Part shown: positions 22,143 to 33,204 of the stretch, piece after piece
Position numbering within the stretch: the first letter of the stretch is position 1
Layout: every line of letters starts with the position of its first letter
Assembly (NCBI RefSeq): GCF_001194135.2
Contig: NC_068992.1
Location: 15,146,271 to 15,183,885, forward strand
Direction: 5' to 3'
DNA: 37,615 nt
From: Octopus bimaculoides
Lineage: Eukaryota
Notes under the pieces: generated by a model
Told to the model about the DNA's origin: nothing
Databases searched by the model: none
The model's input: the letters and a program-made list of their open reading frames with translations, nothing else
Translations under genes and position numbers: made by a program

Positions 22143-22926
22143 NNNNNNNNNNNNNNNNNNNNNNNNNNNNNNNNNNNNNNNNNNNNNNNNNNNNNNNNNN
22201 NNNNNNNNNNNNNNNNNNNNNNNNNNNNNNNNNNNNNNNNNNNNNNNNNNNNNNNNNNNNNNNNNNNNNNNNNNNNNNNNNNNNNNNNNNNNNNNNNNNN
22301 NNNNNNNNNNNNNNNNNNNNNNNNNNNNNNNNNNNNNNNNNNNNNNNNNNNNNNNNNNNNNNNNNNNNNNNNNNNNNNNNNNNNNNNNNNNNNNNNNNNN
22401 NNNNNNNNNNNNNNNNNNNNNNNNNNNNNNNNNNNNNNNNNNNNNNNNNNNNNNNNNNNNNNNNNNNNNNNNNNNNNNNNNNNNNNNNNNNNNNNNNNNN
22501 NNNNNNNNNNNNNNNNNNNNNNNNNNNNNNNNNNNNNNNNNNNNNNNNNNNNNNNNNNNNNNNNNNNNNNNNNNNNNNNNNNNNNNNNNNNNNNNNNNNN
22601 NNNNNNNNNNNNNNNNNNNNNNNNNNNNNNNNNNNNNNNNNNNNNNNNNNNNNNNNNNNNNNNNNNNNNNNNNNNNNNNNNNNNNNNNNNNNNNNNNNNN
22701 NNNNNNNNNNNNNNNNNNNNNNNNNNNNNNNNNNNNNNNNNNNNNNNNNNNNNNNNNNNNNNNNNNNNNNNNNNNNNNNNNNNNNNNNNNNNNNNNNNNN
22801 NNNNNNNNNNNNNNNNNNNNNNNNNNNNNNNNNNNNNNNNNNNNNNNNNNNNNNNNNNNNNNNNNNNNNNNNNNNNNNNNNNNNNNNNNNNNNNNNNNNN
22901 NNNNNNNNNNNNNNNNNNNNNNNNNN
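22143..22926. other. Assembly gap
   Basis: N run. Confidence 1.
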
Positions 22927-23150
22927 TCGTTGTTCGCTAAACTTTAAATCTCGGTTTCCTGTTTCTATCTAATTCTGTTAAGATAAGTTTTCAGTGGATT
23001 TTCTTCTATTACTTATCTGGTAGTTTTTGAATCTTGCGCACGTTCTCCCGAAAGACTTAAATTGAGAAGGTTCCTTTAAATAATCAATCTTCCCTGAATT
23101 GCACAACAACAAAACCACAATTAATATTGACTTTTGCGCATACAGACATA

Positions 23151-23253
23151 ATATTATGGTTCCAAATTTTGGTACAAGGCCAGCAATTTCGGGGGAGGGG
23201 TTACGTCGATTATATCGACCCCAGTGCTCAAGGGATACTTATTTTGTCGGCAG
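23151..23253 (-). mobile_element. SINE family B, 3' fragment
   Basis: ACAAGGCCAGCAATTTCG...ATCGACCCCAGTGCTCAA...TACTTATTTT matches 18964-19040. Confidence 0.8.
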
Positions 23254-23594
23254 ATTTTCTTCTCCTTAGATTTCCTTCTCCTACTCCTCACCCCCACAAA
23301 AAAAAAACAACAGCCCTGCGCTTCAGCATGACCGGATAGTGTTAGAATAAGGCATTTATATATTCTAAATAAGTATTAATCAAAACTTCTGTACAAGTTG
23401 TATTCACTTGTTGCTGACGCTCCATTCCGAAGTAAACCACGCCCACTATCAATTGCCACGCCCCTTCTTGATAAATATTGGCTGAAAACACTTTCACTAT
23501 TCCTCAGGCTAAGCACTATCTCCCATGTCGAGAATTACTGATATAAATAATTATCTGATGGTTTTTAACTGTTTGTTGTAATAAATTGCTGTGC

Positions 23595-23800
23595 CTGTTG
23601 TTTAACCCCAGGTCAGTTATGACTGAGCAAACCAATGATCAAAAGAACTCCAACTGTGACTATCCAGTTTTTTCTTTCTAGTCAATATTTTTCAATATGT
23701 TCTCCTTGTTGTAAGACGACAACGTAGGAATTATAGGAAATTTAACTATTATTTCTATTAGGTTGAAAGACCCCATAGACACTCCCTCAAGGGATTGAAC
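23595..23800 (+). repeat. Unclassified dispersed repeat (related fragments near 18165, 34975 and, reversed, 36960)
   Basis: Shared motif of the form GTTTA(A/G)(C/T)CCCA..TC....TGA(T/C)(C/T)GAG....TGATCAAAAG, aligned by eye. Confidence 0.45.
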
Positions 23801-24664
23801 CTTGCTTCTAACACTGACATATCCTTAGAGTTAAAATCTATGGCTTTGTGCCCAAAACAAGGGAGCCTAAAAATAACAGCTTATTTATGTAAAGTCTCAT
23901 TCCACCGTCCAAGGATAAGAAGGACATAATCCCCAAAATGTACAGGTGGTCATGGTTGGGTTGGACTGCTTTTAATCTGGTCTGATTGCTGTATGTGAGC
24001 CTGAAGGTAAACAATATGGATGCACATAAACACACACAAACTTCATAGTCCCCACCACACATAATCCCCACAAAATTCCCCATACACAACCCTATACCTC
24101 TCATACACATGTCCCCTAACGCAAATTCAAAATTTTCTCTCCCACGCACAAACCCCGCCCCATATAGTCCTCCACTCACAACCTCCAATGCACCCCACAT
24201 AAACACACACGTATATATACAAACATATCTACGTACCTACCTACATACATACGTACATACATACATGCATGCATGCATACGCATGTCCTCCTCCCACCGC
24301 CACTCAAATCAACAAACACAGCCGTGTACAAAATTCAAAGGAAACGGAAGCAACTTCCTTTGTAGACTGAGATAATGGAAACGTTCTGTTTAGATATAAA
24401 ATCTCTTTATTAATTGAAAATACAACGAACGTAATTAGTAGTTTGTTTAACAAAGACAACAGGAAGTGGGAGTTCCATGGAAAGACAATGGTGACATCAA
24501 CCACCACCACCACAACAACAACAATAATGTTTCGAATGTAAACAGTAGTGTCTGTTAATAGAACTACTTCCATGCGCTGGCAAATGAAAGAACCGAACTT
24601 CTCTCGAGGAAAAGGAAGGAAATATTTTAAACCGAAATTCTTGAAAACAATGGAATCTAGATAT

Positions 24665-24667
<3 letters not shown>

Positions 24668-24715
<48 letters not shown>

Positions 24716-24741
24716 ACACACACATATATATATATATATAT
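24668..24741. repeat. (CA)n(TA)n microsatellite
   Basis: Direct reading. Confidence 0.95.
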
Positions 24742-24766
24742 CCCATTAGTGTTTTGAAGCATAAAC

Positions 24767-25053
24767 TGGCGTTGCGTCAGTTACGACGACAAGGATTCCA
24801 GTTGACCCGATCAACAGAACAGCCTACTCGTGAGATTAATATGTATATGGCTGAGCATTCCACAGACACACGTACCCTTTACGTAGTTCTCAAGGGAGAT
24901 TCAGTATGTGAAGAATATGCCAAGGTCGGCTCTTTGAAATATAGGTACTACTCATTTTTGCTAGCTGAGTGAACTGGAGCAATATTAAAAAAAGTGAGTT
25001 GCTCAAGGCGACAACGCGCCGCAGTTAGTCAAACTCACGACCCCACGATTAAG
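24767..25053 (-). mobile_element. SINE family C (tail shared with 29606-29790, core shared with 35395-35451)
   Basis: About 180 bp aligns antisense to 29606-29790. The segment AGCTGAGTGAACTGGAGCAA...TTGCTCAAG resembles conserved SINE central domains. Confidence 0.85.
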
Positions 25054-25184
25054 GTTTTGACTTCTTTATTACCAGAATACTATAAGCAATTAGTCGCATA
25101 TCTTCACTGTCTTGAAGCAAGGAATTATTAGAACCATACAGAACATTCTTGTCAGTTGATAGAATATTTTATGCCTTTTTTGTT

Positions 25185-25294
25185 GGAGTGGCTGCGTGGT
25201 AAGTAGCTTGCTTACTAAACACGTGTCTTCTACTATAGCCTCGACCAAAGATTTGTGAGTGGATTTGGTAGATGGAAACTGAAAGAAGCCCGTC

Positions 25295-25343
<49 letters not shown>

Positions 25344-25350
25344 TGTAGAT
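25185..25350 (+). mobile_element. SINE family A, 5' half with internal deletion
   Basis: GGAGTGGCTGCGTGGTAAGTAGCTTGCTT...GGAAACTGAAAGAAGCCCGTCATAT matches 12085-12245. Confidence 0.88.
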
Positions 25351-25362
25351 GGGTTGGTGGAT

Positions 25363-25775
25363 NNNNNNNNNNNNNNNNNNNNNNNNNNNNNNNNNNNNNN
25401 NNNNNNNNNNNNNNNNNNNNNNNNNNNNNNNNNNNNNNNNNNNNNNNNNNNNNNNNNNNNNNNNNNNNNNNNNNNNNNNNNNNNNNNNNNNNNNNNNNNN
25501 NNNNNNNNNNNNNNNNNNNNNNNNNNNNNNNNNNNNNNNNNNNNNNNNNNNNNNNNNNNNNNNNNNNNNNNNNNNNNNNNNNNNNNNNNNNNNNNNNNNN
25601 NNNNNNNNNNNNNNNNNNNNNNNNNNNNNNNNNNNNNNNNNNNNNNNNNNNNNNNNNNNNNNNNNNNNNNNNNNNNNNNNNNNNNNNNNNNNNNNNNNNN
25701 NNNNNNNNNNNNNNNNNNNNNNNNNNNNNNNNNNNNNNNNNNNNNNNNNNNNNNNNNNNNNNNNNNNNNNNNNNN
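25363..25775. other. Assembly gap
   Basis: N run. Confidence 1.
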
Positions 25776-25811
<36 letters not shown>

Positions 25812-26190
25812 TATGTATTTACATCGATATTAATAAAATAATGACGTTCTGTATATATGTGTATATCATAGAGTTATACGTCAAGGTACATTAAGAAATG
25901 GACTCTGAAGCAGCAGGTAACTTCACAATTTAAAAACAAAAATATATATACATTAACAAATTGAAGTCTGAACCACGCATCTAACTGAATGACATTTCGG
26001 AGAAGAAACAAATAACAATATATTGATAAAAACACCACCGGACACAGAACTATATTTCTTCTTTCAATCAATCCTGTCGCGTTCGCAGTTGGAATTGAAC
26101 GACAACGACAGCAATTTTTCAATTTATCCAAAAGAAATATAGTTGCGAGACAAAACTTTCGAGATATTAAAAGTTGGTAAAAATAAATAA

Positions 26191-26226
<36 letters not shown>

Positions 26227-26679
26227 ATGAACAAAAGTTGTTCATTGTGTCAATGCACACTGGTACTCATCTACCAGAGTACATCGACAAGTGCAGTGAA
26301 AGCAATTCTTGGTCTTGCATATTGTTTGTTTATTTTTTTGGTGAAAATACATTAAGAAAATGAATTTTTGAGTAAATAGCTATGAAGGTGATCCATGAAA
26401 CATGTTTTAAACACACATACACACAAACTCAGCTGCACGCGCACACACACACAGGCGCGCGCTAGACATACACACACATATGGAGGAGGTAAGAGTATTT
26501 TTGTAAGTTTGTTTGTGTGATGGCGTGAATTTATAAAGATGTGTTTGCCTATGTACATATTTAAGCATTTTTTAACATATATGTGCTTATGTATATATGT
26601 GCCTATGTACATATATGTGCTTATGTATATATACGTGGGCATCTACCTATCAATCTATATGTATGTATGCATGTAAGTA

Positions 26680-26779
26680 NNNNNNNNNNNNNNNNNNNNN
26701 NNNNNNNNNNNNNNNNNNNNNNNNNNNNNNNNNNNNNNNNNNNNNNNNNNNNNNNNNNNNNNNNNNNNNNNNNNNNNNN
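26680..26779. other. 100-N placeholder gap
   Basis: N run. Confidence 1.
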
Positions 26780-27997
26780 TATATATATACATATATATTC
26801 ATACATATGCACGCACACACAGAGACACAAACACACATACACATATACATACACAGGCGTTTTTAAAACAAAAGGATTCGAGTGGGTATTATCATAAGAG
26901 AACGCTCAGGAATAGCAATTGGGAACATTTCTTTTGGGGTTTTTACAAAAAATGATTGCTTGTCGAACTTAGAATTGTTATCGATATAGAAATTGAGGTC
27001 AGTTTGAGAAAAAAATCGAGAATTTTCTGTTAAATATAAATCGTTATTTTAATTAAGTCTATCTAGGTCGTACCTCAGGACGCCCCAAAATAAAATGAAA
27101 TTAATAATAATATATTCTATACCACGCTTTAGAAACATTTCTGGAAATTAGGAAACAAATATATTAGCGAAATCAGGAGTGCAAAACAGAAAGGATATAG
27201 ATTAAATACTGAACCATACAGGCCTTGTTTATGCGTTAGATATATTGCAAAAATTAAAACTCCGGAAGGTGAGGAAAAGGGGGGAAAAAAGCGAGAAAAA
27301 AACGGGAAGATGGTTGATGCAATGAATTGAAGACGACTTATTTACCCATATATAAAGTGTATGGATGGGTGCACGCGCGCGTGTATATAGTTGTTTGTAA
27401 TTTAGATTCAAGGCCTCATATTTGAAGAGTATGGTTTATTCGAGTATATCAACCCTATTACACACAAACACACATACTTACACACATATACATTAGCCTA
27501 CACTCACATTTCTACACAGAAACGTACGCACACAGAGTATATGACTATTAGATCGTAATTATTCTTAAGTTCAGACAATCAGAGAAAGTGTAGGAAGGAG
27601 TGAAAAAGAAAAAGAGAGAAACATAGATAAGGACAGAGAGGGAGAGAAATAAATAAAGAAAGAGAAAGACCTTAATATTAAATAATAACTAATTAAAATA
27701 CCTGGTCGTGTTTTGATCACTTAAATGTACGCCAGAAGAAATAATTATTCCTGAATTAGGCTTCCGGCTAATTCCAATCCAAGGCATATTAAAATTCTTT
27801 GACTCAATAACAGACAGAATTCATTTGATTAAATTTAGTTTACGATCGTATATCATTCTCCTTATGCTAATGTGCTTGGTCCGGACATGTCTAGGCTGAT
27901 AACACTTCACGAATATTCTTGGATTCTTTAATTCTCTTAAACGAGTTTGTGTCATAAAATTGTGACACTGCAGCCTTGCTGCAGAAAACATTTCGAG

Positions 27998-28200
27998 TTT
28001 ATTATTATTATTATTATTATTGTTGTTGTTATTGGTGTTATTATTATTATCATTATTATTTTCATTATTATCATTATTATTATTATTATTATTATTGTTA
28101 TTGTTGTTATTATTATTATTATCATTATTATTTTCATTATTATCATTATTATTGTTATTATCCTCATCATCGTCAGCATTATCATCATCATTATCATCAT
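27998..28200. repeat. Compound (ATT/GTT/ATC)n trinucleotide array
   Basis: Direct reading; source of the poly-N/I/L/Y ORFs. Confidence 0.97.
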
Positions 28201-28957
28201 CGCTATTTAAGTTGATCATATCGATCCCAACACTTCGTTAGTAGTGGGATCTGATATTTATTTTACAATCTCTGGCAAAATTAACATTTGATGTAAACAC
28301 ACATATACATATATACACACACATACAGACTAAAATACACATAGATTTATGCATACATATATATATAATAGATATGTGTATGCACATATACACACGTACA
28401 CTCTTACATATATGTATGTTTGTTTCCATGAAAAGTTATGTTTAGAAGTAATTTAACATTAAACTGAAGCAGAACCCAATAGGTTTTAGTAGAGTTGATA
28501 CTCATTAATTTTTACCAGCAGAAGATTAACAGTGATGACAGCTTGCCTGTAGTAATCATACGGTCTGATGACGACAACCAAACCGAAACTTCGAAGAGAC
28601 TGTCAACAGTTTCCTTCCATCGTACCGCTCATATTAATAGATGCAAGCAGCAAGAATTATATATACGTGAATGATTTACGAGTGTTTTGGTTATCATGCA
28701 GGGCTAAGCTAAAATACACAATGATAGATCTCCTCCAGATGGAACTGTTCTGAACAGACTACAAGAAATTGATTTTATAAATGGTGTCCCTACAAGTGGA
28801 TTAACAAGACATTAGAGCGAACATGCTGACGTTTTAAATTCAGATATAGAAATGAAAACTAGTTTGTGTTTTTTTTTTTAAGAAAGGTGACATGATTATA
28901 TCTCACAAATTGTAATTTGCGTCTCACGAAATACATGACAATAATGCTGTTTGTACT

Positions 28958-29130
28958 AAGACGGTTAGCTGTTAGAATCGTTAGCGTTCTGGGCAAAATG
29001 CTTCACAGCATTTCGTCCGTCTTTAGATTTTGAGTTCAAATTCCGCCAAGGTCGACTTTGCCCATCGTCCTTTCTGGGCTGATAAAAAAAGTACCAACTG
29101 AACTGTGGGGTCGATGTAATTAATCCCCTG
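28958..29130 (+). mobile_element. SINE family B
   Basis: AAGACGG...AGAATCGTTAGCG...GAGTTCAAATTCCGCCAAGGTCGACTTTGCC...GGGGTCGATGTAAT. Confidence 0.88.
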
Positions 29131-29327
29131 GGTTAACACTATCACTTAAATTTTGAGTGCAATGAGTCGAATGCAGTTTGTTGCAAACATTCGGGTTAGT
29201 CTTGGATCTGAGGATGACCTTTACTCTTCTCTTCTTCCTTTCCGCCCACCAATCACAGAAGTCCCGAAAAAGTCCATAAACACTGCTATTCCAACTCAGA
29301 TTCGGCCACTTAGAAACAAAAAGAAAA

Positions 29328-29529
29328 NNNNNNNNNNNNNNNNNNNNNNNNNNNNNNNNNNNNNNNNNNNNNNNNNNNNNNNNNNNNNNNNNNNNNNNNN
29401 NNNNNNNNNNNNNNNNNNNNNNNNNNNNNNNNNNNNNNNNNNNNNNNNNNNNNNNNNNNNNNNNNNNNNNNNNNNNNNNNNNNNNNNNNNNNNNNNNNNN
29501 NNNNNNNNNNNNNNNNNNNNNNNNNNNNN
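29328..29529. other. Assembly gap
   Basis: N run. Confidence 1.
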
Positions 29530-29794
29530 TCCGGCAGGGGATGGTGGTGAACCCTACTGTACTCTTTCACCACAACTTTCTCTCACTCTTACTTCCTGTT
29601 TCTGTTGTGCCCGTAATTCAAAGGGTCAGCCTTGTCACACTGTGTCACGCTGAATATCCCCGAGAACTACGTTAAGGGTGCACGTGTCTGTGGAGTGCTC
29701 AGCCACTTGCACGTTAATTTCACGAGCAGGCTGTTCCGTTGATCGGATCAACTGGAACCCTCGACGTCGTAAGCGACGGAGTGCCAACAACAAC
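29530..29794 (+). mobile_element. SINE/LINE 3' portion with (CAA)n tail
   Basis: Ends GTCGTAAGCGACGGAGTGC-CAACAACAAC and is homologous to 24767-24948 antisense. Confidence 0.85.
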
Positions 29795-30764
29795 TTTAGC
29801 TCTGAGTCATCTTCTGGCAAAAATTACGCTCTTTCCCTTGTAATTAATAGCTTTCATTTCTGTCTTATTCGTTTTTCTGTTAATCAGAAAACATTCGATC
29901 ACTGTATTATACATCCATCTAAAATTTAAAAAAACACATTTATTTCGAAGACGCCACGGTTTCTTAAGAAAAAATTTTCATGTTTCTCACAAAAAGGATG
30001 TAATGTAATGTGTCATGGAACCGAATATTTTTTAAAAAATGCAAAAGTCAAATAAATCCTAGAAAAGATTCTATTTGATTTGAATTTAATTTAAATAAAT
30101 ATATGTTAGCAAATATCTAAAGTTGTACAAAATCTGATGTATATAATTGAGATTGCATTTAAAATCAGATTCGTCTAATATATATAAGCACACAACACAG
30201 ATACACACACATTATTGATAAACGGATACATACACAGAACTTTCACACACAAGAAAGACAGGTGTATATGTATATATGTATATATGTATATATAATTGAG
30301 ATTGGATATAAAATGAGTAAGATCTAATACATCCACAAACAGTGCATATACACTTACATATGATACACATATGTATGCGTACACACATATATATATGTGT
30401 GTGTGTGTGTGTGTGAGCGTGTATATATATGCATGTGTGTGTATGTGTGTATATGAGTATTTCGCAGCTCTCTAGGTAAAATTATTAAAAGCAATAAAAG
30501 TATCAGAGAATCAGATAAAAGAATGTCTGTGTGTTGTAAGCCAGGGCACATAAATGATGCAATGAAGTTAAAAAATAGTGAATGCTATCCAGCAGATATT
30601 TATTTGAAGAGACTGGTTCAGACGAAAGGTTATACTGCATAAATCATGTTCGCTGATGTTCAGAGTTCTATCTCTTGAGGGCGCCAGGAGCGTCACTCAA
30701 TCTCTAATTATTTGAACTGGATGTAGAACTCTCGGTAATTCCTAACATTATTAATATCTGTGTT

Positions 30765-30798
30765 AAGGCGGCGAGCTGGCAGAATTGTTAACACGCCG
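30765..30798 (+). mobile_element. SINE family B head only
   Basis: AAGGCGGCGAGCTGGCAGAATTGTTAACACGCCG, then an (ATT)n array. Confidence 0.75.
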
Positions 30799-30804
30799 TA
30801 ACAA

Positions 30805-30904
30805 TTACCATTATTATTATCATCATTATTATTATCATTACCATTATTATTATTATTATTATTATTATTAATATTATTATTATTATCATTACCATTATTA
30901 TTAT
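30805..30904. repeat. (ATT)n array, left flank of LINE fragment
   Basis: Direct reading. Confidence 0.95.
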
Positions 30905-31151
30905 TCTATGTTTGATTTTTGTTTTGCATTTGTACAAGTTGGATTCAAGTCTCACCCAGAGACCTCAAGAGACAACAAGTTAGAAGTTCATGTAGGTGTT
31001 ATGCCTAGGGTACCATATATTTGGATTTGTACATAGTGTTGTTCTAGAGAATATTTAAGAAACCATAAGAAAATTATGTGTTTGTTTTAAAATTTGAGAT
31101 CACATGGACAGTATTTTACGTAGGATATGGGCAGTTCCCATGAGCACTATC

Positions 31152-31153
<2 letters not shown>
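30905..31153 (-). mobile_element. R4/Dong-like (REL-endonuclease) LINE 3' end, 5'-truncated
   Basis: Minus strand KIVLMGTAHILRKILSM* matches the typical R4/Dong-type ORF C-terminus, followed by a 3' UTR and (AAT)n. (ATT)n lies on both sides. Confidence 0.75.
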
Positions 31154-31203
<50 letters not shown>

Positions 31204-31231
31204 TATTATTATTATTATTATTATTACCATT
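31154..31231. repeat. (ATT)n array, right flank
   Basis: Direct reading. Confidence 0.95.
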
Positions 31232-31254
31232 AGTTTATTTGTCGGTCAAAGTTA

Positions 31255-31425
31255 TTTCGTCACACATTCTGTGATCTCTTCTGTGACTTTTTGTCTCATG
31301 TGATATGTGGGACAGAGAATCACTGAAGAGGTCACAGATGCGTGACGAAAGAAATTATATAAAAATGATATGAATAAAAACTAAAGTGAAGATCGAATAA
31401 ATAGCGCGTGTGTTTAATTGGCAAA
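31255..31425 (+). mobile_element. Fold-back plus retroelement terminus homologous to 5241-5355
   Basis: 96-nt hairpin at 31255-31350. Tail AAGTGAAGATCGAATAAATAGCGCGTGTGTTTAATTGGCAAAA matches GAGTGAAGAAAGAATATATAGCAAGTGTGTTTATTTAGCAAAA near 5315-5357. Confidence 0.65.
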
Positions 31426-32671
31426 ATACGACTATCTCTCAGCATAACAATATGTGTTTCGACACAGTTTTCACATCAAGAATGTTGCAAAACAAATACA
31501 TAAGCGTAGTTTAAATAATTATATTTACGTAGCAATAAACACAATGTATGTTGATGCAGACGACCATCTGCCTCCTTGTATTTTGTACTTTTAAAAAAAT
31601 ATATGTTATAAGTTTTGTTACACAAAACGTGAAATTCAATTTTAACAATATTCTTTTGCGTTCTTTATAACTATTGATGAAGTTTTAATGTATTAAATTC
31701 CTACCCTTAAACCTGTTTTATTCAACATTTAATTATCTTTTGTTATTGCATTTTGTAATTCTAGAAAAATGATTTACTTTTTAAACTAAAAAATATTGAA
31801 GTTTTATCTTTTGTTGCAATTCTTAATGAAATTAAAACAAAATAACTTTGACATTCCACACGAACGTCTATTAACGTAGATGAGACTTCCCCGTTCGCGT
31901 TCAGCGCACCTCCAAGCCAAGACACTTTTCCATTTTCAATTCTCCTATTTAAACAATAGAAAGTTCCATTCAATAAAATGCTCTCACACTCTATCTCTAA
32001 TAAAATCTATTCATAGGGGAGTAAATTATTGCCTCAAAATCTCTAATTTCAAAGCATTTTCATAAAATGTTATATCATTGCCCCTTTTGGGGACCATCTC
32101 AAAATCGACAACTTCACGCTCTTCATTCAGAATGATCTTCTACCTTCTGTTTCCTAGAGTCTTAACTTTAATCCTAGAATCTTTAATCCTAGTCCTTCTT
32201 TGTCACTTTAATCCTAGAGTCACTTCTTCGTCATTTCTGTCCAACTTACGTTGTAGTTATCATATTGTTATGGCAATAATAATTTTAAAGAAGTTACGAA
32301 AATATTGTTCACATATAGTAAGCATATTGATCATTCTTATAAATACTTAAAACTTATTTCTGTAAAATTTTGTTTGTTTTCATTTCATGTTTCACTACTT
32401 TAGGAATTTCTATCTTCCAAATACATAAGTTGGGTCCTTCGGAATTAAATCTTTCGACAATGTAATATCGATAAACGGCACTGTTGTCAAATATTGATAA
32501 TATTGACAGTTTGTATAAAATGTATGTATATAGCAATAAAAATGTTTGATGTGTGGTCGATCGAACTAAAGGAAATTAAAGAACAATTTCGCACAAACCA
32601 CAAATTCCAGTCTTAAATATGAAATGACACAAAAGTGATAGTGAACATTTGTGTAAAAGAAAGACAAGAAT

Positions 32672-32840
32672 ATATATATATATACATATATATATATATG
32701 GGGGGGGGGAGTGTGTGTGTGTATGTCTGCGTAAGTGTGTGTGTATGAGTGAGTGAGTGGGTGAGTGAGTGGGTGAGTGAGTGTGTGTGTGAGAAAAGTG
32801 TGAGAGTGAGTGAGTGAGAGTGTGTGTGGGTGTGTGCGTG
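32672..32840. repeat. Compound (TA)n, G-run, (GT)n/(GAGT)n
   Basis: Direct reading. Confidence 0.93.
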
Positions 32841-33145
32841 GGTGTAATGGAAAAATTATACAAAAATTATGCAAAAATGTATAATCACATGATGAGTAAA
32901 GCACCGGCACAGTATAGGCTGCCTGTTGTTAGCTATAGATTTACTTCAGGAACATCGCAGTGGCAGTTGGGGCAGTAGTATTCTCGAATTTGAAGGACAT
33001 ATAGCGGCAAGCAAGCCGACACAAGAAATCTCTAATGGGAGTTTTATTATTTGATTTACCCGATGAAACCCAGAACGATGTGTCGAAACATGTGTTGTAC
33101 TTAATAAAAATCTAATACACATTCCATAGCCTACTTTATTAATAC

Positions 33146-33146
<1 letters not shown>

Positions 33147-33179
<33 letters not shown>

Positions 33180-33204
33180 CATACATACATACATACATAC
33201 ATAT
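33147..33204. repeat. (GATA)n(CATA)n microsatellite
   Basis: Direct reading. Confidence 0.95.

Noticed and set aside
25874-26180. Possible small exons (CAG|GTAACT donor at about 25916; CAG|TTGG acceptor at about 26088)
   Set aside because: Splice-like signals are common in AT-rich DNA, and the peptides are unrecognisable.
27821-28241. Poly-Asn/Ile/Leu/Tyr ORFs
   Set aside because: Translation of the (ATT)n compound array; no coding context.
28565-28600. CTGATGA...GAAA as a hammerhead
   Set aside because: The intervening sequence cannot form helix II.
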